Origin: an archaeon
GTDB lineage: Archaea; Micrarchaeota; Micrarchaeia; Norongarragalinales; UBA97
DNA: 64,000 nt
Reading direction: 5' to 3'
Assembly: GCA_020057405.1 (NCBI GenBank)
Contig: JAGVFW010000011.1
Coordinates: forward strand, 13,111 to 77,110
The translations under genes were made by a program, and so were the position numbers. Of the stretch, positions 56,029 through 64,000 are shown in pieces (position 1 is the stretch's first letter; every line of letters begins with the position of its first letter). The notes under the pieces are model-generated. The model did no database searches. It was not told where the DNA came from and saw only the letters and a list, made by a program, of their open reading frames with translations.

Positions 56029-57006
56029 ATGGTGAAGCCCGTCCCGTTTTTACTGCTTGCGAGCCTTTTGCTGGGAGGCTGCATCACGGCCGCGGAGTTC
56101 GAGGACCCCACTCCGAGTCCGACAGCTACTGGCACACCAGACGAGCCACTGCTGATTGAAATCAGTTCTGCCGAAGTTCAGCGCAATGACGCCCCGCCGT
56201 CAATAACGATAAGCGCCAGTCCATCTAACCCAGACAGGGGGCAGGTGTTCACCCTGGCAATCAGCTCGCAAGACGACCTGGCGGTCAAGGCCCTTTCCTG
56301 GGAATCTGCGGACGTTTTTACAAAGCAGCCGGAAACAAATTCTTTCGACTGCGGACTGCAAAAAATCTGTTCGGTCAACTGGGATTTCAGCTCGGGCCAA
56401 GACGGCTTGAAGACCATTACCGTCTACTCCACTGACTCGACTGGACACTACTCCGGAAGAACCCCGGTTGAAATTGACGTCCGGCCTTTTGATGCGCGGC
56501 CTGCTTCCACGGTCACGCCGATTGCCGGTTGCGGGAATGACGTTTGCGACAGCGGGGAGGCGTTTGAGACCTGCGCCCAGGACTGTCCTGCCGCTGGCTT
56601 CAGGTGCGCTAACGGCGTTTGCGAAGGCGGGGAGTCGTATCAAAGCTGCCCGCAGGACTGCAGCGTGAGCTCCATTGTAGGAAGCACTTGCGGCGACGGC
56701 GCGTGCGAACGCGGGGAGGACAAGGCAAACTGCCCGGCCGACTGCACGTCAATAAAGCCCAACTGCGGAAACAACGTTTGCGACGCGTGGGAAAACAGCA
56801 CTAGCTGCCTTGCCGACTGCGAATCGGCTGGCGCGACCGAGGACGCGTGCACTTACAATTCCGCGTGCGGCTACAAGCAAATCTGCCAAGGCGGAAAGTG
56901 CGTGAGCGTGGACTGCACGAATGACGCGCAGTGCAGCTACGGCAAGGAATGCAAGTACAATCGATGCGTCAGGTGCCCAAGAGGCCCATACGGGCCGGCA
57001 TGCTAA
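56029..57006 (+). CDS. secreted Cys-rich protein with four tandem ~30-aa CGNxVC[DE]...C..DC repeats plus an EGF/antistasin-like C-terminus
   Basis: Signal peptide with lipobox-like GC; repeats CGNDVCDSGEAFETCAQDCP / CANGVCEGGESYQSCPQDCS / CGDGACERGEDKANCPADCT / CGNNVCDAWENSTSCLADCE. Confidence 0.55.
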   Translation: MVKPVPFLLLASLLLGGCITAAEFEDPTPSPTATGTPDEPLLIEISSAEVQRNDAPPSITISASPSNPDRGQVFTLAISSQDDLAVKALSWESADVFTKQPETNSFDCGLQKICSVNWDFSSGQDGLKTITVYSTDSTGHYSGRTPVEIDVRPFDARPASTVTPIAGCGNDVCDSGEAFETCAQDCPAAGFRCANGVCEGGESYQSCPQDCSVSSIVGSTCGDGACERGEDKANCPADCTSIKPNCGNNVCDAWENSTSCLADCESAGATEDACTYNSACGYKQICQGGKCVSVDCTNDAQCSYGKECKYNRCVRCPRGPYGPAC

Positions 57007-57152
57007 CCCCCGCCCAGAATCCTCCCTCGCCTCGGCACAACCCTTACTAGTACGCGTTTATTTGGAGTTCAATTAGAGTTTACGTGCGACCTACCTCGCT
57101 GTTGCCGAAAGGCAACAAGCAAGCTTTTATTTCGCCCGCCAGTTAGGCTTGC

Positions 57153-57611
57153 GTGAAAACCAGTGTTTTTAAGCGCAAGCCCGAGTTCTGGGTTGCGTTT
57201 GTTTTTGCGCTGATTGCCTGCTGTGCAGTTGCCGCGCTTTTCCTATACTCTCTTTTTAGCCAATCGAGCCTCGCCGTAATTGCCGCGGCCCTGGTTGCGT
57301 TGGGGGCAATAAGTATTGCCGTTGGCAACGCGCTAGTAAACACGGTGACCACGGTTGCCGTGGGACCGGGCAATGTTGAAATAAGGTTTTTGGGCAGGGA
57401 AAAAGTTTCTTTCTCCAAGGCGGACGCCATACTAATTTCCGCCGCGCTTTGGGCAATTCCCGCAGAGCTCACAATCAGGCACGGCAAGCAGGTTGTCTCG
57501 ATTGGCACTTACACCTGGTTTAAAGACGCGCGGGGGCTGGAGAAAGCAGTGCAGCAGGCGCTCAAAACCAAGGCAAAGAACCTCGGGATTATCACTTCAA
57601 AAGCCGAGTGA
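57153..57611 (+). CDS. hypothetical membrane protein (152 aa)
   Basis: Two N-terminal TM helices followed by a small soluble domain. Confidence 0.35.
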   Translation: MKTSVFKRKPEFWVAFVFALIACCAVAALFLYSLFSQSSLAVIAAALVALGAISIAVGNALVNTVTTVAVGPGNVEIRFLGREKVSFSKADAILISAALWAIPAELTIRHGKQVVSIGTYTWFKDARGLEKAVQQALKTKAKNLGIITSKAE

Positions 57612-57697
57612 AGAGTGCCGAAATTCGCGTGAAACAAGACCCGGGCAGTTTTTTGCCCCGGGGCTTGGTTTTTATTCCCCAAAAGAGTAACGAAAAC

Positions 57698-60600
57698 ATG
57701 CGTAAGGGCGCTTTTCGGCGGGCCGCATTCCTATTTTCCTTGCTCTTGCTAGTTATGGCAGTTCCCTTGCGCGCCACCAACCACACTTTCGAGTGCAGCC
57801 GGATGGCGCCCGCGGACTGGATTATCCAGCCGGCAGCGGAAGAAAACATGCGCGACGACAGTACCATGGACAAGGAGGAAGCCGCAATTGCCGAACAATA
57901 CGACCACTGCAGTTACCGCAACGCGGACAACGCGATAAACCCGCAGATGAATGTCCTGCTGTTCGTGCAGGGAGTGTTTCACCACAAACAGGCTGGTGCG
58001 GACAAGTACATTGCCAACACCGTCGAGGGCACGAAAAAATACGGGGTTACCGGCAATACCCCGGACAACAGGTACTGGTTTTTCACTGGTGCCAACTGGA
58101 GGATTGTCGTGGAAACTGCGGAGTTCGTCAGCGAATACGACCCCAAGACAATGAAGCCAAAGGGATACCACTACTACGCATGGAAGGGCAGGGGCGAAGT
58201 TTGGAAGCAAATCGGCCACTGCGTGCTTTCAGTCTCAGGCGAGCTTTTCCCCCCTGACTTGAACTACCGTTTCGACCCCATTCCGGAACGCGGGCCCTAC
58301 ACCACCAAACAGCAAGCCGTCGAGGTTGGAAGGGGCGTGCTGATGCGCGAATTGGCCGAGAAGGGCGAAGGGCTTTTGGCAAAAGCGTCAACCGCGGAAC
58401 TCCAGGAATTCTGCATGCGCTCGCTTGACGGCACGGAATCAGCCGCTCCAACGCCATCACCTTCACCGAGTCCATCGCCAGAGCCCAAATGCGATACAAA
58501 CGGGGAAATAATTTTCGAGCCAACTCAAGGCGTCTGGCAGGATGACTACCACTTTGCCGACGCGCCAGGAAAAAGAATAGAGAGAATCGCGCAAGGGCAA
58601 TACAATGCTGAACTGCCAATGGTTGTGGGAAGGCGCTCGCTTATTTTCGGACAAAGAGGGGCTGGCGCCCCAGACGCGGTAACGGACTTCGAGCGCAGGA
58701 CAATTAAAATGAAGGGGACCACTACGGGAACCACGGCGGTAATGTCGAGGATCAAGTTCTCGCTCGACTCGCTTGGAGCGTCGAAAACCGTCTACGAATC
58801 GGCCAACGAAATCGCGCTCCCAATCGGCCCGCCTTGCGGGGCGCAACACGCCTTTTCAAGAACCCTGCCCGCCGGGCTGGGCCTGCCGCCCGCGACGGAC
58901 TTCACTTTTGACTCAAAGGGCGCCTACGAGCTCAAGGCAGAACTGCTAAGGGGAAGCGACAGCAAGCCGGTAGGAGTGCAGACCAGCGTCTTTGGAAACG
59001 CGGTTGAAACAAAGGAAATGCAAGTGCACTTTGTTGCAACAAGTGTAATGCCGGCAATAGGCGCGTTGGCTGCGCAAAACCTGGCCGCGTGGACACGCCA
59101 GCTGGCCCAGGACTCGCAAGCCTACATTCCCGACTACTTCCCGCTTGCGCAAGGGCCAAACGCGATACAGACCCTCACCTATCCAGTACTACGCTCGTAC
59201 TTCTCGACCCTGGCTCAGGCAAACCAGAGCTGGAAGGCTTACTGGGCAAGCGCGCTCTTTACGACAGGCGAGGATGACGAGCGGGTTTACGAACATTACC
59301 GCAGGCAGCACATGGCCGCGCAGGTTTTCGGGGAACTTTCGGCAGGCGCAATGTTCGGCAACGCCGACAAGATAGTAGTGGTCATACCAAGCGAGGAGGC
59401 GGGAACGCTGATGGGATCAGGGGCAGTGGCAATCTCGGTTACCCAAAAAGTGGTGATAGTGCCCTACAACATTAACTACACAAAGCCGCCCCACGACACG
59501 GTTGCCCACGAACTTGCACACACCATGCCCTTCATATGGTCCGCGGACGAAATGCTGGCGGCGTGCGCAGACGATTACCACAACACCAACCGGACTATTG
59601 CGCACGGTTTTAGGATAACTTACGGGGGCGCTCCGGCAGTCAGGGGACACGTTCCAGCCGGCGGGGCGCTGCCGATAATGGGGGTCGGGACGCTCGTCGT
59701 AGGGCCGGCCGTGTGGGCAACCGACACGCTCTACGACGCCAACAGTTACACCGTCTGGAACGACCAGTGCACTTATACGCACTTGGCGGACTACATGCAG
59801 GCGCCAGTTGACCCCAAGCTGCTTTTGGTAAGGGGCGAAATCGCAAGAAAGGACGGCAAGTATTTTGCGAGGCTGGCGCCATCATACGAGTTTTACGGAA
59901 CGCCTACCTTGAGCGCCAACGGCACGGGAAGCTGGAGAATAGTCGTCAGGGACGCTTCGGGAACCGAAGGTCCGTCATACGCGTTTGAGCCCGGGTGGGA
60001 ACTGCCCACCCAGCCAGAGCACGTTATCCTTGACCTCGTTTCCTTCACCCAAGCAATACCGTTTGAAGACAATGCCGCATCAATAGAAATATACTCAAGC
60101 GAGGGGCTTGAGGCTACGATGAAGTTAAGCGCCAACGCGCCGACAGTGCAAATAACCTCGCCTGAAAACAATTCAAACACCGAGCCCCAAGAACAGGGCA
60201 CCCCAATTGCGTGGGAGGCGGGTGACGCGGACGGCGACGCGCTTGCCTACACCGTGCTTTACTCTTCCAACGGGGGCGAAAGCTGGCGGCAAGAAGTTTT
60301 TGAAACAACGCAAACAAGCGCGAAAATAAGGCTCGACGACGCGCCCGACCACCTTGTGAAAGTGCTTGCAACAGACGGCGCCAACAGCGGCGAGGCGGTC
60401 GTGGCTTTCAGCACGCGAGCAAAGGAACTCCAGCCCACGCCGGAACCCCAAGCTGCTTCGCCGCAAATCGAGCTTCCCCAAGAAATAGACTTTTCATTCA
60501 TCCCGCAATCGGTTGCCAGCTTGCTTGGCGGGGGGATTGTGAGAATAGACTTGTACGAGGGCGGCACTCCCGCATCGTTTTGGTATGAGCTCCAAGAAGG

Positions 60601-61207
60601 CGGCAAGGCAGTCAGGCTGGCCGAACCGCAGGGGGCAGCCCTTGCTCTGCAAGTTTCAATGACGCGCTCGGTATTTGAGGCAATGCAAAACTCCGTCGAC
60701 TCGCAGAATGCCGCAAAGCTGGCGGTGAGCCGCGATGCCGTGCGAATCAATTCCCCGGACGCTGCAAAGCAGGCGGCGCTCGGGTTTTTCAAGCAGACCG
60801 TAAAAGGGGATGAATTCAACCCCGCGCCCGGAAGCGAAGTGCAATTCAGGGGAAAAACGGCAACAGTGGTTGAAGGCCCGGCAGGAAGGCCTGCCCTCTC
60901 AATTGCCGGCGAGCGGTTCCTGCCGGTGATGAACAGGTACGGCGCGCCCATGGGAGCAAGCATTCCGGGCACGGCAGGGTTGCTGGCCAAGGCAAAAGAA
61001 TCAAGCACGCAAGGCGGGGCGGGCGAAGGGTTTTCGCAAAAGGCGGGAGTGCTTGCGGCAGACCCAAAGACCGGAAAGCCCGTGCTTGAGCCTCAAGCTG
61101 AATCAACCCCGCGGGCGCCAATCGCGGCAGTGAAGCCGGCAAGGGCGGCGTACAGGGCGGGGATAAGCGCAAGAAATGCATACAGGCAAGCGACTGCAAG
61201 GGGATAA
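57698..61207 (+). CDS. giant secreted protein (~1170 aa) with a zincin-like HExxH motif and Ser/Pro linker
   Basis: Signal peptide MRKGAFRRAAFLFSLLLLVMAVPLRA; APTPSPSPSPSPEPKC linker; HELAHTM embedded in VAHELAHTMPFIWSADEM; start taken at Met 57698 (ORF opens at 57608). Confidence 0.5.
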   Translation: MRKGAFRRAAFLFSLLLLVMAVPLRATNHTFECSRMAPADWIIQPAAEENMRDDSTMDKEEAAIAEQYDHCSYRNADNAINPQMNVLLFVQGVFHHKQAGADKYIANTVEGTKKYGVTGNTPDNRYWFFTGANWRIVVETAEFVSEYDPKTMKPKGYHYYAWKGRGEVWKQIGHCVLSVSGELFPPDLNYRFDPIPERGPYTTKQQAVEVGRGVLMRELAEKGEGLLAKASTAELQEFCMRSLDGTESAAPTPSPSPSPSPEPKCDTNGEIIFEPTQGVWQDDYHFADAPGKRIERIAQGQYNAELPMVVGRRSLIFGQRGAGAPDAVTDFERRTIKMKGTTTGTTAVMSRIKFSLDSLGASKTVYESANEIALPIGPPCGAQHAFSRTLPAGLGLPPATDFTFDSKGAYELKAELLRGSDSKPVGVQTSVFGNAVETKEMQVHFVATSVMPAIGALAAQNLAAWTRQLAQDSQAYIPDYFPLAQGPNAIQTLTYPVLRSYFSTLAQANQSWKAYWASALFTTGEDDERVYEHYRRQHMAAQVFGELSAGAMFGNADKIVVVIPSEEAGTLMGSGAVAISVTQKVVIVPYNINYTKPPHDTVAHELAHTMPFIWSADEMLAACADDYHNTNRTIAHGFRITYGGAPAVRGHVPAGGALPIMGVGTLVVGPAVWATDTLYDANSYTVWNDQCTYTHLADYMQAPVDPKLLLVRGEIARKDGKYFARLAPSYEFYGTPTLSANGTGSWRIVVRDASGTEGPSYAFEPGWELPTQPEHVILDLVSFTQAIPFEDNAASIEIYSSEGLEATMKLSANAPTVQITSPENNSNTEPQEQGTPIAWEAGDADGDALAYTVLYSSNGGESWRQEVFETTQTSAKIRLDDAPDHLVKVLATDGANSGEAVVAFSTRAKELQPTPEPQAASPQIELPQEIDFSFIPQSVASLLGGGIVRIDLYEGGTPASFWYELQEGGKAVRLAEPQGAALALQVSMTRSVFEAMQNSVDSQNAAKLAVSRDAVRINSPDAAKQAALGFFKQTVKGDEFNPAPGSEVQFRGKTATVVEGPAGRPALSIAGERFLPVMNRYGAPMGASIPGTAGLLAKAKESSTQGGAGEGFSQKAGVLAADPKTGKPVLEPQAESTPRAPIAAVKPARAAYRAGISARNAYRQATARG

Positions 61208-61208
61208 C

Positions 61209-61718
61209 ATGGATTCCAACAAACTGAAACCTGAAACTGGAGGGAAAAAAGAGCTTCCGCCCAAAGCGCCCTCGCTTTTTTCCAAAGCCGCGCCGTTTGC
61301 ACTTGGTGCTATAGCGCTGCTCATAATTGCGGTAGTTTTTAGCGTTTTTATTCTGCCGAAAACGCCTTCTGCAGGCGGGGCGGGCTTGGAGGAGGCGGCC
61401 GACTTTTCCCCTTCACTCAAGGATTCTGCCGCCTACAAGGCATTGGCTGAAAGCGGGCTTGAAAACGCGATAGTTGAGTCAAAGGAAAACGAAGTGCTGG
61501 TCTACCTGCAGGTGGATGTGGGAAGGGACGGAAGGGAAGCTGCGTTTACCGCCCTTGGGGCGGCAGGCGCCCTTGCTAAGGCAGAAAGCACGGTGAAAGT
61601 GCAAGTAGAGCAGGGAGGCAAGAAAACTTTTTACTCCGCAAGCGCTGCTGACGTGCACGCGCTGCTTGACGGCAAAATCAGCGACGAGGAATTTGAAAGC
61701 CGCGTGTCAAGCAATTAA
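61209..61718 (+). CDS. membrane-anchored hypothetical protein
   Basis: N-terminal TM ALGAIALLIIAVVFSVFIL; starts 2 nt after the giant gene stop. Confidence 0.4.
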   Translation: MDSNKLKPETGGKKELPPKAPSLFSKAAPFALGAIALLIIAVVFSVFILPKTPSAGGAGLEEAADFSPSLKDSAAYKALAESGLENAIVESKENEVLVYLQVDVGRDGREAAFTALGAAGALAKAESTVKVQVEQGGKKTFYSASAADVHALLDGKISDEEFESRVSSN

Positions 61719-61816
61719 CCCGATTTCAGCCCACGGTTCTTTCGTCACTGGCAGAAGGCGCTTTTTTCTCTTAAAGTCACGAGTATATAGTCCGGTTTGC
61801 CGTTGACATAATTACA

Positions 61817-62338
61817 ATGAATTACTTGCTTATCGCACTTTTTGCGGCAGTGCTGCTTTTTGGCTGCGTTAGCCAAACAATACTGCCCGAGCCTACCGCA
61901 ACGCCGACAGCCGCGCCAACAGTTACTGCGCAGCCTACTGCAATTGCTACTCCGATTCCGACAATCGTGTTTGTTGACGCGACGCCCGCTCCAAGCCCGA
62001 CGCCAGTTTCAGAGTTCACTGAAATGACTTTCGACGAGTTTCTTGCCGACTGCTCAAAGTCAACTAAGCTTACTGGAGTCCTGCGCGCCCAGCAGGTAAG
62101 GCTAGAAGGAAAGATTTCAACGATATACGACATCGTCAACAGAAACGGCGTCATCATCACCCTCGAAGGTTTTGGCTCAGCTTCAAAGCCGACAGGAATG
62201 GAAGCGACCGGCTCCACGATTTACACGTTCTTCGGCACTCCGTCAAAGCACCCGATTGCCATCTACACTCAAAACGAATGCTGGCTTAAGTTAGAGAAAA
62301 TCGAGAACACCGAGCAAGTCTATCCGTTGCCCGAATAA
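61817..62338 (+). CDS. lipoprotein-like secreted protein with Pro/Thr/Ala linker
   Basis: MNYLLIALFAAVLLFGCVSQ signal with Cys; PEPTATPTAAPTVTAQPTAIATPIPT linker. Confidence 0.45.
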   Translation: MNYLLIALFAAVLLFGCVSQTILPEPTATPTAAPTVTAQPTAIATPIPTIVFVDATPAPSPTPVSEFTEMTFDEFLADCSKSTKLTGVLRAQQVRLEGKISTIYDIVNRNGVIITLEGFGSASKPTGMEATGSTIYTFFGTPSKHPIAIYTQNECWLKLEKIENTEQVYPLPE

Positions 62339-62425
62339 GGGAAAGTGGGCAAACTATTTTTTGAATTCTCGCTCGACGCGTGCATCAATCAATATGGTTA
62401 TATCCTTCGGCGACCATAGTATTGC

Positions 62426-62755
62426 GTGGAGAATCTGCCCGAGGCTATCGTTAGCGACGGTCGACTTCTGGAAAAGAAGTTTGATGCCGCCGACGGAGTC
62501 ATTGACGCGGGCGAACTTGACCACCGCGAATTCTCTTCCGAACTAGTTAGGAAAGTCATTTACCTCCAGCGCGAGTTTTCCTCAAAGGAAGCCTGTGCGC
62601 GATACGACGAGGAGAAAGTCGACGGCTTTCGCGCGCTAGCAAGACATTTTCTAACGGAGCTAAAGGACGGTTCTCTGACAAGCGAAAGCACGCGTGAAGT
62701 CAGCCGCCACCTGAAGAACAACTTCCCCAAGCTGCAGATGCCCAAGAAAAGGTAG
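62426..62755 (+). CDS. hypothetical protein (109 aa)
   Basis: ORF with coding composition only. Confidence 0.3.
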   Translation: MENLPEAIVSDGRLLEKKFDAADGVIDAGELDHREFSSELVRKVIYLQREFSSKEACARYDEEKVDGFRALARHFLTELKDGSLTSESTREVSRHLKNNFPKLQMPKKR

Positions 62756-62960
62756 CTGTCCGGGATTCCCGCTGCAATTAAAAGCAGGGTGTGGGTGCAA
62801 CTAGTCTAACTTTATGGTCTTCAAAGTAATTCCGTTCCGCAACGGCACCCTACGGTGCAAGCTGGAGTACTTAGACTTTTAACAGCCGGTAAGAGCAGCA
62901 AACCGAGGGGCACTGCCGCACGGCAAAACTAATAAGCCACAAAGGACACTCTTAGTCACT

Positions 62961-63779
62961 ATGAAAAGGCAGTTCCGGCTCGAACAGTTCAGGGAAACGC
63001 CAACGCCCGAGAAAGTCAGGCAAGTAAGGCAGTTTTTCCTCCTAGGCCATCCTAACCTAGTGATTTCCATTGCAGGAAAACCGGGCGCGGGCAAGAGCAC
63101 GCTCGTGCGGGAACTTGCAAAATGGCTTGGCCTTAAGCACCAGGAAATGAGCGACCCAGCCTACGAGGAAGAGGAGAACGAGACTCACGAAGTTTCCTAC
63201 CGTCACCTACCCGGCAGCCTTAATGAAAACAAGAAACTCGCAAAGCAGTATGCCGTAGTTGACGCGCTAATTGACGCAAAAGGAATCGAGGCCGCACAGA
63301 AGTTCGCCAAAGACCGGGGCGGCATTGTTGCCGGAAGAATGCCCGCGTTTTTTGGCATTCCGAACGTGATTGCAAGGATAAACGCCAGGTTAAAGGGCAG
63401 AAAAACGCGCAATCTCAGCGTCGAGCGGATTCGGGCGGAAGCAAACGTCACTGAAGTTACTCCGATTCCGATTGGAGTGAGGATTTTCTTGCATTGCGAC
63501 CCCGTTGTCGCAGGCGAACGCAACTATTTCCGCGAACTCAGCCACGCTGGCTCCAAGGAACACCTAGAAAGCCCCGAACACGCGACCGAGAAAATACTCG
63601 ATAGAGAAGCCGACGACCAAGCGCACTACCTCAAGCAATACGGCATAGACATCGCAGACCCCTCCAACTACGACATAATCATTGACACTACCAACCACAA
63701 CAAAAACCCGCACGAAACGCTGATGGATGCCCTATTCGCAATCCGGGCGCACCTGGAAAAGCAAGCAAAGCAGAGGTAA
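62961..63779 (+). CDS. P-loop nucleotide kinase-like protein (cytidylate-kinase/AAA_18-like)
   Basis: Walker A ISIAGKPGAGKSTLVREL near the N-terminus; ...YDIIIDTTNHN lid-like region. Confidence 0.5.
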   Translation: MKRQFRLEQFRETPTPEKVRQVRQFFLLGHPNLVISIAGKPGAGKSTLVRELAKWLGLKHQEMSDPAYEEEENETHEVSYRHLPGSLNENKKLAKQYAVVDALIDAKGIEAAQKFAKDRGGIVAGRMPAFFGIPNVIARINARLKGRKTRNLSVERIRAEANVTEVTPIPIGVRIFLHCDPVVAGERNYFRELSHAGSKEHLESPEHATEKILDREADDQAHYLKQYGIDIADPSNYDIIIDTTNHNKNPHETLMDALFAIRAHLEKQAKQR

Positions 63780-63823
63780 CCGGCTATTGCGCCGCATGGG
63801 GAGGAGGGGTGTCGGTCGACCTT

Positions 63824-64000
63824 TTACTTTAGCACTACCATGTTCGTCATGCCGAAGGCGTGCGTCTCGACCGCGCCCTTGCCCTTGAGGCGGTTGACAA
63901 TCCGGTGCGTCTTTACTGCAGAGAAGCCGGTCTTTACCGACAAGTCCTTTTGAGTGAGCTTGCCGCCGGCCTCGCGGAGCTTGGCAACGGCCTGCTTTTC
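63824..64000 (-). CDS. winged-helix transcription regulator, 5' end beyond window
   Basis: C-terminal ...KLTQKDLSVKTGFSAVKTHRIVNRLKGKGAVETHAFGMTNMVVLK with stop at 63824-63826; partial. Confidence 0.45.
   Translation of the reverse strand, partial: EKQAVAKLREAGGKLTQKDLSVKTGFSAVKTHRIVNRLKGKGAVETHAFGMTNMVVLK

Noticed and set aside
62790-62860. Small inverted repeat (CCGTT-CCGC-AACGG) in the spacer before the P-loop kinase gene
   Set aside because: The stem is only 5 bp with no flanking T-tract or conservation evidence, so it was not reported as a terminator.
1-64000. CRISPR arrays, cas genes, rRNA genes
   Set aside because: No regularly spaced direct repeats with unique spacers and no rRNA-like conserved segments were seen anywhere in the window.

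Overview
This is a high-GC (roughly 55-60%) archaeal chromosomal window. Many encoded products are archaea-specific informational proteins: topoisomerase VI subunits B and A, an MCM helicase interrupted by an intein at the P-loop, SMC, an archaeal-type ProRS, aIF1A, aIF2beta, aIF5A, Alba, an Sm protein, S17e, a RIO kinase and a KH protein. Several genes use GTG or TTG starts, and a TATA-like box (TTTAWA-like) sits about 25 nt upstream of several starts, which suggests leaderless transcripts.

The right half (about 35-53 kb) is a fairly ordinary core-genome stretch: RibB, SMC, a CsaA-like tRNA-binding protein, MCM, a presenilin/SPP homolog, and the aIF2beta-aIF1A-RIO-KH-top6B-top6A block.

The left part (about 6.4-17.3 kb) looks like an accessory cell-surface island. 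Its centrepiece is a tandem array of four paralogous, N-terminally membrane-anchored proteins, each carrying a textbook six-cysteine Kazal domain followed by a Pro/Thr linker. Three of the four then carry different carbohydrate-active C-terminal modules: a right-handed beta-helix (pectate-lyase-like), an unassigned glycosidase-like barrel, and a LamG lectin plus clan GH-A hydrolase. The fourth paralog is Kazal-only. I consider this membrane-anchored Kazal-linker-CAZyme cassette the most likely previously undescribed system in the window.

Other notable items: a split, order-permuted PEP-utilising (PPDK/RPH-like) kinase pair followed by a membrane HAD phosphatase; a free-standing LAGLIDADG homing endonuclease gene 34 nt from a tRNA-Val(GAC) that carries an intron at the non-canonical 25/26 position; a 600-bp ORF-free structured RNA locus with a triplicated ~34-nt motif and an aberrant type-II tRNA-like gene; two VapBC toxin-antitoxin pairs; many secreted or anchored proteins with Pro/Thr linkers, including a protein with four Cys-rich repeats and an 1170-aa HExxH protein; two 12-nt homopolymer tracts (one in each orientation); and an identical 14-nt start context shared by hsp20 and a 39-aa ORF. 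No CRISPR array or rRNA gene was seen.
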